This document shows positions 29,817 to 38,242 of a DNA stretch of 64,000 bases, piece by piece; within the stretch, counting starts at the first letter, position 1; each line of letters starts with the position of its first letter. The position numbers and the translations under genes are program-made. The notes beneath the pieces were generated by a model. It had not been told where the DNA came from and ran no database searches. It worked only from the letters and a program-made list of their open reading frames with translations. Source of the stretch: an uncultured Lachnospiraceae bacterium (GTDB lineage: Bacteria; Bacillota; Clostridia; Christensenellales; UBA1242); the NCBI GenBank assembly GCA_964368425.1, contig CAYJAP010000001.1, forward strand, positions 15,522-79,521, written 5' to 3'.

Positions 29817-30137
29817 ATGGACGTTAAAGTAATATCTTCAAGTATGTTTGATGAGGAAGTAAACAACAGCGATAAACCAGTGTTAGTGGAGTTTTTTGGT
29901 TCTTGGTGTATGCCTTGTAAAATGTTGTCAGGAATACTAGATAAAGTGGCTATAGAATTAGCTAATAAGGCTAAAGTAGTTAAACTTGATGTAGATGAAA
30001 ATAAAGAGTTAGCTGCTAAATTCGGTGTTATGACTGTGCCAACTATGTTTGTATTTAAGAACGGAGAACAGTTAGATAAAGCTGTAGGATTTAGACAGCA
30101 GAAACAGATAGTAGATATGATTACACCATATTTATAA
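29817..30137 (+). CDS. trxA: Thioredoxin (active site WCMPC)
   Basis: 106 aa, VLVEFFGSWCMPCK...VPTMFVFKNG thioredoxin fold. Confidence 0.9.
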   Translation: MDVKVISSSMFDEEVNNSDKPVLVEFFGSWCMPCKMLSGILDKVAIELANKAKVVKLDVDENKELAAKFGVMTVPTMFVFKNGEQLDKAVGFRQQKQIVDMITPYL

Positions 30138-30158
30138 CCCTTACAAATAGGAGAAAAA

Positions 30159-31346
30159 ATGAACAAACGAGTATATCTAGATAATGCTGCTACAACACAA
30201 GTAAATGGTGAAGTTCTCGCAGAGATGTTACCATACTTTAGTGAGATATATGGCAATGCCAATAGCTTACATGCGTTTGGCAGAAAGGCTAGTGCAGGTG
30301 TGGATAAGGCACGTGATATAATTGCAGATAGTATCAAGTGTGACAGGACAGAGTTGTTCTTTACATCTGGTGGCACTGAAGCTAACAACTGGGCGATAAA
30401 AGGTGTCGCATATGCAAATGCAAAGAGAGGCAAACACATTATAGTAAGCTCGATAGAACACCACTCTGTGATAGATACATGCAAAGAGTTAGAGAAAGAA
30501 GGGTTTGAGCTGACCTATCTTCCAGTAGATACTAACGGATTGGTTTCTGTTACCGATCTTTTGCATGAGCTTAGACCAGACACTATATTAGTATCCATTA
30601 TGGCAGTAAACAACGAAGTGGGTACTATTCAACATATTAAAGCGATTGGCAATATCGTGAAAGAATACAAGGCTTATTTCCACACTGATGCTGTACAGGC
30701 AATGAGTGTTATTTCTTTTGACGTGAAAGATATGTACATTGATATGTTATCAATGTCTAGCCATAAAATTCACGGTCCTAAAGGGGTGGGAGCGCTTTAC
30801 ATAAGGAAGGGCGTGATAGCTAGGAAATTTATGCATGGCGGTGAGCAGGAATTTAACCGAAGAGGAGGAACTATAAATGTTCCTGCAGTAGTTGGATTTG
30901 GTAAAGCTATGGAGCTAAATGTTCGTGATTTAGCTGAGCATAACAAAAGATTGAAAGATGTTTCCTCTTATTTTGTTAAAAAAGCAAGTTATGAAATTGA
31001 CCATATAAAAATTAACGGGAACACCACTCAGAAAGCACCCGGTATTGTTAACATTTCTTTTGACCTCATCGAGGGTGAGAGTATTTTAATGATGCTAGAC
31101 ATGGACGCTAACGTAGCTGTTTCAACCGGTTCGGCATGTGCTTCGGGATCGTTACAAAAGTCCTATGTGCTGAAAGCTATGGGAGTTTCAAGTCAGTTAA
31201 TTAACGGTGCCGTAAGGTTTTCTTTCGGTACTGATATAACTAAACCAGACGTTGATTACGTTGTTTATCACCTTAAAGCAATAGTAGCCCGATTGAGAGA
31301 AATGAGTCCGCTAAAGAAATCGAAAATTGCAAAGGAGAAAAAATAA
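30159..31346 (+). CDS. nifS: Cysteine desulfurase, NifS/IscS class I
   Basis: PLP lysine [10 protein letters not shown] and catalytic Cys loop STGSACASG, 395 aa. Confidence 0.93.
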   Translation: MNKRVYLDNAATTQVNGEVLAEMLPYFSEIYGNANSLHAFGRKASAGVDKARDIIADSIKCDRTELFFTSGGTEANNWAIKGVAYANAKRGKHIIVSSIEHHSVIDTCKELEKEGFELTYLPVDTNGLVSVTDLLHELRPDTILVSIMAVNNEVGTIQHIKAIGNIVKEYKAYFHTDAVQAMSVISFDVKDMYIDMLSMSSHKIHGPKGVGALYIRKGVIARKFMHGGEQEFNRRGGTINVPAVVGFGKAMELNVRDLAEHNKRLKDVSSYFVKKASYEIDHIKINGNTTQKAPGIVNISFDLIEGESILMMLDMDANVAVSTGSACASGSLQKSYVLKAMGVSSQLINGAVRFSFGTDITKPDVDYVVYHLKAIVARLREMSPLKKSKIAKEKK

Positions 31347-31930
31347 TGTACAATGAAAAGGTTATAGAGATTTTTAGAAATCCTAAAAATGTCGGTGAAA
31401 TAAAATCCGCTAGTGGAGTCGGTACAGTAGGGAACGCTTCATGTGGCGACATAATGAAACTGTATATTAAAATCGACGATAAGGAAATAATAAAAGACGT
31501 TAAATTCCAGACTTTTGGATGTGCTGCTGCTATTGTGTCCTCAAGTATTGCTACAGAGATGATAAAAGGCAAAAGCGTTGAAGAAGCACTAAATTTGGAT
31601 AATAACGAAATTATAAAAGAACTAGGGGGCTTGCCTCTACACAAAATACACTGCAGTGTATTAGCTAAAGAAGCCGTTGAAGCTGCTATAAAAGATTATC
31701 GTAGTAAGAAGGGAAAAGGCAGTAAAGCTGTAAAAGCAGATAATAAGAAATCTGAAAGCAACAAGACTGCTGTTAAATCGACAAATAAACAAACTACTAA
31801 AGTTAAAAAAGTTATAGGTTTAGATGATGTTGATAAGCTGTTAGAGAGTACCAACGAGTTGATTAAACAGATTGAAAAAGACCAGAAAAAACGTCAAACA
31901 AAAGTAGCTGCTGCTAAAAATAAAAAGTAA
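31346..31930 (+). CDS. nifU: Fe-S cluster scaffold NifU/IscU with a Lys-rich C-terminal extension
   Basis: Three scaffold Cys (GNASCGD, FGCAAA, HCSVLA) within residues 1-~120, then a ~70-aa K-rich tail. Confidence 0.9.
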   Translation: MYNEKVIEIFRNPKNVGEIKSASGVGTVGNASCGDIMKLYIKIDDKEIIKDVKFQTFGCAAAIVSSSIATEMIKGKSVEEALNLDNNEIIKELGGLPLHKIHCSVLAKEAVEAAIKDYRSKKGKGSKAVKADNKKSESNKTAVKSTNKQTTKVKKVIGLDDVDKLLESTNELIKQIEKDQKKRQTKVAAAKNKK

Positions 31931-31935
31931 TATAT

Positions 31936-31962
31936 AAAGAGGGGAAGACTCCTCTTTTTTAT
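31936..31962 (+). terminator. Intrinsic terminator after nifU
   Basis: AAGAGG ... CCTCTT hairpin followed by T-run. Confidence 0.8.
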
Positions 31963-32018
31963 ACATCTTTTGTAATATTTTGCTATAAATTGGGGAAATT
32001 ATTTACAGGAGGTGTAAT

Positions 32019-32159
32019 ATGAGAGATTCATTACTTATAGGTATGGCTGTTGGACTACTATCAGGAGCATTGATAGTAAGCAACAACAAAAAAGCACAAG
32101 AAATGGTTGAAAAAGGTAAGAAACAAGTTAAGAAACAACTAGAAAAGATGAAAAATTAA
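32019..32159 (+). CDS. Small (46 aa) membrane-anchored protein, not in the ORF track (MRDSLLIGMAVGLLSGALIVSNNKKAQEMVEKGKKQVKKQLEKMKN)
   Basis: AGGAGG RBS 7 nt upstream of the ATG. One hydrophobic helix followed by a Lys-rich amphipathic tail (YtxH-like organisation). Confidence 0.6.
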   Translation: MRDSLLIGMAVGLLSGALIVSNNKKAQEMVEKGKKQVKKQLEKMKN

Positions 32160-32225
32160 TGTGTTTTTTGTTGAAATAAATAACCAAAACCGTTATTTTA
32201 CTCTCAATAATATAATAGAATATCT

Positions 32226-32253
32226 TTGCAAGAATCCTTTTTTATGCTATAAT
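32226..32253 (+). promoter_or_regulatory. Sigma-A-type extended -10 promoter whose +1 coincides with the ruvX ATG
   Basis: TTGCAA (32226-31), 16 nt, TGc-TATAAT (32248-53). Counting 7 nt from the -10 end gives nt 32260, the A of the ATG. Confidence 0.55.
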
Positions 32254-32259
32254 CATGCT

Positions 32260-32682
32260 ATGAAGAGTGAGTATTTTAGAGTAATGGGCTTAGATCTTGG
32301 CGAGCGGCGTATAGGTATCGCTTTGAGTGATATAATGGGCATAATCGCTAACGGATATCAGTCATATACTCGTACTTCTCTGCAGGCAGATATTCAGCAC
32401 ATTGTTAAGATTGTTCAGGAAAACAATGTCAAAGTGATAGTTTTAGGGTTACCGCTCAACATGAACGGAACAGAAGGGGATGCGGTGAAGAAAGTAAAGT
32501 TCTTTGCTGACGAACTGCGAAAACACACAGACGCAAAAATTGATTTTTATGATGAAAGATTAACAACTTCAACTGCACAAAAAATGTTGATATCGGCTGA
32601 TGTATCAAGAGCAAAAAGGAAATTGGTAGTAGATAAAATTGCTGCGACGATCATCCTGCAAGACTATCTGAATACCCATTAA
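32260..32682 (+). CDS. ruvX: Holliday-junction resolvase-like nuclease RuvX (YqgF)
   Basis: RVMGLDLGERRIGIALSD ... LGLPLNMNGTEG ... DERLTT motifs. The B. subtilis YrrK N-terminus (MRILGLDLG) aligns best with the ATG 32260 start. The track start 32161 adds 33 implausible residues spanning a promoter. Confidence 0.88.
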   Translation: MKSEYFRVMGLDLGERRIGIALSDIMGIIANGYQSYTRTSLQADIQHIVKIVQENNVKVIVLGLPLNMNGTEGDAVKKVKFFADELRKHTDAKIDFYDERLTTSTAQKMLISADVSRAKRKLVVDKIAATIILQDYLNTH

Positions 32683-32694
32683 AAGGAGAGAAAA

Positions 32695-33039
32695 ATGGCA
32701 AAAGAAACAACAAAAAAAGAAAGTGTTAAAAAGGTAGAGAAGTCACCTATCGAATGTCTTCTAGACGAAAATAATTCCGACGATATCGTTCTTTATGATG
32801 AAAAGAACAAAAAGACAGTTTTTGAGCAGGTTGCAATTATACCTATCGCTTCAAAAATATATGCAATCTTAAAACCTGTTACAAAGCTTGCAGGTATTGA
32901 AGATGACCAGGCAATAGTATTTGCAATAGAGGAAATCGATAACGAAGATGTTCTTGTTGTTGTTGATGAGGATGCTACAATCGATAAAGTATTTGAACAG
33001 TACTACGAACTATTGAGAGCTGAAGGGGTAGAGGTATAG
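32695..33039 (+). CDS. DUF1292 protein (YrzB-like)
   Basis: 114 aa, acidic, ...VFEQVAIIP...IYAILKPV... motifs. Conserved partner downstream of ruvX. Confidence 0.8.
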   Translation: MAKETTKKESVKKVEKSPIECLLDENNSDDIVLYDEKNKKTVFEQVAIIPIASKIYAILKPVTKLAGIEDDQAIVFAIEEIDNEDVLVVVDEDATIDKVFEQYYELLRAEGVEV

Positions 33040-33108
33040 TCTACAACTGAAAAATAACGCTTTTTAGGACATTTAGTAATAAAAACTATAAATATTTCAA
33101 TATTTTTA

Positions 33109-33137
33109 TTGCTAATGTTTTTTTTATCTGTTATAAT
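33109..33137 (+). promoter_or_regulatory. Sigma-A-type promoter for rpsB-tsf
   Basis: TTGCTA, 17 nt, TATAAT. Predicted +1 is ~33144, giving a ~102-nt leader. Confidence 0.65.
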
Positions 33138-33245
33138 AACAACGTTCAAAATTACGCACCTAGATACAATTTAATTGCCGTTGCTCAGAGATGAGTTGTA
33201 ATTAGAGTTATAAAGTTCTAGGGAGGAAAAAACAAGGAGGAAAAA

Positions 33246-34016
33246 ATGTCAGTAATTTCGATGAAGCAATTGCTTGAAGCTGGAGTGCATTTCGGACACC
33301 AAACCCGTAAATGGAACCCAAAGATGGCGCCATATATTTTCACTTCTAGGAATGATATCCACATCATCAACTTAGAAGACACAGTTGTTTTAGTAGAGAA
33401 GGCTTATGCTTTCGTAAAACAACAAGCAGAAGAAAATAAAATTATATTGTTTGTGGGAACTAAAAAACAGGCTCAACAAGCAATAGCTGATGAAGCAAAA
33501 AGATGTGGAATGTACTATATCAATTCTAGATGGTTAGGTGGTACTCTTACCAACTACAAAACTATCAAATTAAGAATTGAAAGATTAAACCAATTGAATA
33601 GAATGGAGAAGATTGGTGAGTTTAATTTACTTCCAAAGAAAGAAGTTATTAAGCTAAAGGCAGAGAGAGATAAGCTTGAGAAAAACTTGGGTGGAATCAA
33701 AGATATGCCAAGAATTCCAGATGTACTGTTTGTGGTAGACCCTAAAAAGGAACATATTGCGGTTACAGAGGCAAAAGCTCTAGGACTTCCAATTGTGTCT
33801 TTAGTGGATACTAACTGCGATCCAGAACCAATCGACTATATAATACCAGGCAACGATGATGCTATTAGAGCAATCAGTTTGATTGCAGGAGCAATGGCTA
33901 ACGCTGTTATAGAGGCTCGTGAAGGAGTAACTCCTGTAACTGAGGAAGAGAAACCGGCTGAAGAGGTTGTGGCTGAAGTTGCAGCAGTAGCAGAAATTGA
34001 AAAAGAAGAGGAGTAA
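33246..34016 (+). CDS. rpsB: 30S ribosomal protein S2
   Basis: [19 protein letters not shown], with an acidic C-terminal tail. Confidence 0.96.
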   Translation: MSVISMKQLLEAGVHFGHQTRKWNPKMAPYIFTSRNDIHIINLEDTVVLVEKAYAFVKQQAEENKIILFVGTKKQAQQAIADEAKRCGMYYINSRWLGGTLTNYKTIKLRIERLNQLNRMEKIGEFNLLPKKEVIKLKAERDKLEKNLGGIKDMPRIPDVLFVVDPKKEHIAVTEAKALGLPIVSLVDTNCDPEPIDYIIPGNDDAIRAISLIAGAMANAVIEAREGVTPVTEEEKPAEEVVAEVAAVAEIEKEEE

Positions 34017-34028
34017 TTGGGGGATAAT

Positions 34029-34676
34029 ATGGCATTTACAACAGAAGATATTGTAAAACTACGTAAAAGAACAGGCGCAGGCGTATTAGACTGTAAAAAA
34101 GCGTTAACTGAAACAAATGGAGATTTAGATAAAGCTGCTGAGTGGCTAAGAGAAAAAGGTATCGCAGCTGCGGCTAAAAAAGCTGATAGAATTGCGGCAG
34201 AAGGTGTTGTTTACTCGTACATACATATGGGCGGTAAAATAGGCGTTTTAGTAGAAATTAACTGTGAGACAGATTTCGTTGCGAGAAGCGAGGCTTTCTT
34301 AACTCTATGCAAAAATATTTCTATGCACATTGCTGCATCTAAACCAGAATATATCGTTCCAGAAGAAGTTCCAACAGAAGCTCTTGAGCATGAAAAAGAT
34401 ATTTTAAGAGCTCAAGCATTAAATGAAGGAAAGCCAGAGAAAGTTATAGAGAAAATGGTTGAAGGTAGAGTGAAGAAATTCTATGCTGACGTTTGTTTAT
34501 TAGAACAACCTTTCGTTATGGACACTGCTAAAACAGTTAGAGAAGTGATGAATGAAGCGATACTAACAATAGGAGAAAAACTTAACATTCGTCGTTTTAC
34601 CAGATACGAAATGGGTGAAGGGTTAGAGAAAAGAAAAGATAACTTCGCTGAAGAAGTTATGAGCCAAGTAAATTAG
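34029..34676 (+). CDS. tsf: Elongation factor Ts (short form)
   Basis: [19 protein letters not shown]-like N-terminus, ~215 aa. ATG 34029 preferred. Confidence 0.94.
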   Translation: MAFTTEDIVKLRKRTGAGVLDCKKALTETNGDLDKAAEWLREKGIAAAAKKADRIAAEGVVYSYIHMGGKIGVLVEINCETDFVARSEAFLTLCKNISMHIAASKPEYIVPEEVPTEALEHEKDILRAQALNEGKPEKVIEKMVEGRVKKFYADVCLLEQPFVMDTAKTVREVMNEAILTIGEKLNIRRFTRYEMGEGLEKRKDNFAEEVMSQVN

Positions 34677-34682
34677 TATAAA

Positions 34683-34710
34683 AGACATCTATTCAATAGA
34701 TGTTTTTTTA
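34683..34710 (+). terminator. Intrinsic terminator after tsf
   Basis: ACATCTA-ttcaa-TAGATGT hairpin followed by T7. Confidence 0.85.
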
Positions 34711-34885
34711 TCTTTACAGTGATTCTCACTCATCAGCTAAAGGAGTATGAATAGTGGAGTTATTTAATTATTTTTGTTGTAAAAAATTGATATTTAAGCA
34801 GTTTAATGTTTTTTGATATTCCTTTTATTTGCTATTTTTTACACTATCTAGTAGAATTAGTATATAATTAAAAAAGGTGGAGATT

Positions 34886-35455
34886 ATGGATATTGAAGAA
34901 ATAGATTTTATTTTACTCAATTATGAGGAAAATCTTAACAAAGCAATTACACATTTAGAGTCAGAACTTACCCAGATTAGAACAGGTAGAGCAAATCCGA
35001 AAATTCTAGAGAAGATAATGGTTGACTACTACGGTAACATGACTCCTATAAATCAGATGGCTACTATAAGTGTGCCGGAAGCTAGAATGTTAATGATATC
35101 TGTGTGGGATATATCGGCTTTACGTAATGTTTCGAAAGCTATAGAGGCAGCGAACTTGGGAGTAAATCCCAGTGATGACGGAAGGGTTATCAGGCTAAAT
35201 TTTCCAGCTCTTACGTTAGAGAGAAGAAAGGACTTAGTTAAAGACGTCGGAAAGTTAGTTGAGTCATGTAAGGTTATCTGTAGAAATGAGAGAAGAGATA
35301 CATTAGAATCTTTTAAAAAGTTGAAGAAAGACAATAATATTTCAGAAGATGAGTACGAAAGATTGGAAAAAGATGTACAAAAAACATTAGATTTGCATAT
35401 TTCAAAAATAGATGTACTGTTTGATAAGAAACAAAAAGATATTTTAGAAATCTAG
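34886..35455 (+). CDS. frr: Ribosome recycling factor
   Basis: IRTGRANPKILEKIMVDYYG. A GGTGGAG RBS supports ATG 34886. Confidence 0.94.
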   Translation: MDIEEIDFILLNYEENLNKAITHLESELTQIRTGRANPKILEKIMVDYYGNMTPINQMATISVPEARMLMISVWDISALRNVSKAIEAANLGVNPSDDGRVIRLNFPALTLERRKDLVKDVGKLVESCKVICRNERRDTLESFKKLKKDNNISEDEYERLEKDVQKTLDLHISKIDVLFDKKQKDILEI

Positions 35456-35462
35456 GAGATAT

Positions 35463-36170
35463 ATGGCTGTAAAGACTAAGAAGATAGAAGTAGTTCCTAA
35501 ACACATCGCGTTCATCATTGACGGAAATGGACGTTGGGCAAAACAAAAAGGCTTTATGAGATCTTATGGACATCGTAAGGGTATGGAAAGATTAGGAGAA
35601 GTGATAGAAGACTCTTTTAATTTTGGCATAGAAGTAGTTAGTGTTTACGGGTTCTCTACTGAAAATTGGAATCGTCCTAAAGATGAAGTCGAATATCTAT
35701 TTGAATTATTCAGAGAATTTGCAACTAAACAAATCGAGAAACTATGTGAAAAGAACGTCAGGGTTGTAATAATGGGAGATTATACTCAGTTCCCGAAAGA
35801 AGTATCTGATGCTATCACTAATTTAATCAAAAAAACCGCAGGTAATACTGGTAAAGTGCTTAACATGGGATTGAATTACGGTTCTAGAGTGGAGATTATT
35901 AAGGTTGTAAATGAGTTGTTACAAGCAAAAAAAGAGAAGGTTACAGAAAAAGAATTCAGTAATTTGTTGTATACTCGTGAGTTGCCAGATCCTGATTTTA
36001 TAGTTAGAACCAGTGGCGAAAATAGATTAAGTAATTTTATGTTATGGCAAGCTGCGTACAGTGAATTATATTTTCCAAAAGTATATTGGCCAGATTTTAC
36101 TAAAAGACATTTAGAAAAGGCATTATTAAACTTTCAGAAGAGGGATAGACGTTACGGCGCTATCAAATAG
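35463..36170 (+). CDS. uppS: Isoprenyl transferase (undecaprenyl-diphosphate synthase)
   Basis: HIAFIIDGNGRWAK, FSTENWNRP and RTSGENRLSNFMLWQ motifs. Confidence 0.95.
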   Translation: MAVKTKKIEVVPKHIAFIIDGNGRWAKQKGFMRSYGHRKGMERLGEVIEDSFNFGIEVVSVYGFSTENWNRPKDEVEYLFELFREFATKQIEKLCEKNVRVVIMGDYTQFPKEVSDAITNLIKKTAGNTGKVLNMGLNYGSRVEIIKVVNELLQAKKEKVTEKEFSNLLYTRELPDPDFIVRTSGENRLSNFMLWQAAYSELYFPKVYWPDFTKRHLEKALLNFQKRDRRYGAIK

Positions 36171-36178
36171 GAGTAGTT

Positions 36179-37090
36179 ATGAAACAGAGAATTGGAACAA
36201 GTATAGGCATTGTAATCTTGCTAATAGTCGCTTTTGTGACAAAAATATGGACACCATATGTATTCGACGCTATATTCTTAATATTGTCTGTAGTGGCTGT
36301 GTATGAAGTAGCCAAAGTGTTAGATCACGCAGAGAGGCAAAGCAATATAGTGCTAGCCATGTTGTTTCCTATCGCAATATTTGGAGGTTTAATTTACGGT
36401 TTCCTAAGCGACTGGATATGGCAAAGCTATCTTTATTTATATTTACTTACAATGTTAAGTTTATGTCTGGTAAGTTTTATCGTAGGAATGTTACGTCCTA
36501 AAGGCGATATAGAAAGTAAGTTTCGCGCTTCCTTTGACCTCAGTATGAACACAATATTTTTATGTTTCTATCCAAGTATACTGCTGTCAGCGATGATTAT
36601 CATCAATCACTTTAACGATTTAGTGATGTCAAGCATAGTTATTAATTCTAATTTTAATATATTCATTCTGCTATTAGTTTTCACTATCACTATTCTTACA
36701 GATACTATGGCTATGCTATGTGGTAAGACCTTTAAAGGTCCAAAACTCTGTCCGAAAATTAGTCCTAAAAAAACGATCAGCGGAGCGTTATTCGGCGTCG
36801 TATTTGGTATCACGGGCGCGGTGTTACTATACTTGATATTCAGAACAAGCGATGCTTTTATTGCTGCCTCTGACTATCTAAAGCTAAATGTGTACTGGAT
36901 GATTCTGATAGGTGGTGTTGGCTCGGTATTAAGCCAGATGGGAGATATATTTGCGAGCTACATAAAGAGAAAATCGGATGTTAAAGATTATGGTCATGTA
37001 TTGCCTGGACATGGCGGAGTTATGGATAGAATAGATGGATTATTATTTAATGCTATATGGATTTTGTGTATAATATTTGCATTCATTTAA
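36179..37090 (+). CDS. cdsA: Phosphatidate cytidylyltransferase
   Basis: Multi-pass membrane protein with the ISPKKTISG...GHGGVMDRIDG signature. Confidence 0.92.
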   Translation: MKQRIGTSIGIVILLIVAFVTKIWTPYVFDAIFLILSVVAVYEVAKVLDHAERQSNIVLAMLFPIAIFGGLIYGFLSDWIWQSYLYLYLLTMLSLCLVSFIVGMLRPKGDIESKFRASFDLSMNTIFLCFYPSILLSAMIIINHFNDLVMSSIVINSNFNIFILLLVFTITILTDTMAMLCGKTFKGPKLCPKISPKKTISGALFGVVFGITGAVLLYLIFRTSDAFIAASDYLKLNVYWMILIGGVGSVLSQMGDIFASYIKRKSDVKDYGHVLPGHGGVMDRIDGLLFNAIWILCIIFAFI

Positions 37091-37131
37091 TAATATAATA
37101 TTGACCTTGGAAAGATAAATAAGGAGACATT

Positions 37132-38220
37132 TTGAATAGTTTACTGCTTAGTTTTTGGGATAAGTTATCATTTTTTGCAACTGCAAGTTTTTGGACGAAG
37201 GTAGGGTTTATTGCTCTTGCCATCGTTATTTTATTGGTTATGATAATGATTCATGAGTTAGGGCATTATACTGCAGGAAAAATATTTAAATTTAAAATAA
37301 ACGAGTTTTCTATAGGTTTTGGTAAAGCAATTTTCAGTAAAACAAATAAGAAGACAGGGGAGAAATTTTCTCTCAGATTAATTCCTTTAGGCGGTTACTG
37401 TGCCTTTGAAGGAGAAGATAAAGACGTAGAGTCCAAGGATAGTTTTAACGCGCAAAAACCGTGGAAGAGATTGATAGTGCTTTTCAGTGGAGCGCTTTTC
37501 AACTTTATATCCGCGATAATAATGAGCGTTATTTTACTTATGGTGGTAGGAAACGGTGTCCCAAAGGTAGCTTATGTTTATGAAAATAACATCAATGATA
37601 TACAAGTAAACGATGTTATTCTAAAAGTAAACGGCACAAAGCCGGGCTTCTTAAATGGTGGTATTTCGAAACTCATTGGCGATATTGAGGAAGGAAAAGA
37701 AATTACACTACTCATAAAAAGAGATGGTAAAAAACATGAAATAACTGTAAAAGAATACAACTACGATACTAGTAATGAAGAGGCAATAGGTGTAGGAATT
37801 GGAACGGAACTTGTAAAATATAATTTTGGAGAAGCGTTATTATTGGCGACACCTTTCTGCTTTGAAATTGCTTGGCAATGTTTGGTTATTCTATGGCAGT
37901 TAATATCAGGTCAGCTGTCGTTGTCTAATATCGGCGGTCCTATATCCACGGTAAATGCAATAGCAACCGCATCGTCCATGAGTTTGCTGAATCTATTACT
38001 CTTAGTACCGCTTATAGCCGTTAACTTGGCGGTTTTTAACCTCTTGCCGATACCCGCACTGGACGGTGCTCGAATGCTTTTTGTGTTTATAGAATGGATA
38101 AGGAAAAAGCCTATCAACAGGGATTTAGAAGCGAAGATTCATGTGGTCGGACTGATTGTGTTATTCTCATTTGTCATTCTGGTTGACATACTACAATTAT
38201 TTGTGTTTAAAATGTTTTAA
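37132..38220 (+). CDS. rseP: RIP metalloprotease RseP/RasP (M50, single PDZ)
   Basis: HELGHY zinc site, PDZ segment, NLLPIPALDG. TTG start with AAGGAG RBS. Confidence 0.9.
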   Translation: MNSLLLSFWDKLSFFATASFWTKVGFIALAIVILLVMIMIHELGHYTAGKIFKFKINEFSIGFGKAIFSKTNKKTGEKFSLRLIPLGGYCAFEGEDKDVESKDSFNAQKPWKRLIVLFSGALFNFISAIIMSVILLMVVGNGVPKVAYVYENNINDIQVNDVILKVNGTKPGFLNGGISKLIGDIEEGKEITLLIKRDGKKHEITVKEYNYDTSNEEAIGVGIGTELVKYNFGEALLLATPFCFEIAWQCLVILWQLISGQLSLSNIGGPISTVNAIATASSMSLLNLLLLVPLIAVNLAVFNLLPIPALDGARMLFVFIEWIRKKPINRDLEAKIHVVGLIVLFSFVILVDILQLFVFKMF

Positions 38221-38242
38221 ATATATTTAACAAAGGATAAAG

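Noticed and set aside
29759-30484. 241-aa ORF on the minus strand spanning trxA and the 5' part of nifS. Similar long antisense ORFs occur at 2360-3130, 3209-3820, 11987-12493, 13750-14403, 41158-41595, 41804-42217, 47824-48378 and 54068-54511.
   Set aside because: All lie fully antisense to genes with unambiguous motif-level identity. They have S/L/T/I/F-rich shadow-frame composition, lack RBSs and have no recognisable domains. This is typical of stop-poor antisense frames of coding DNA.
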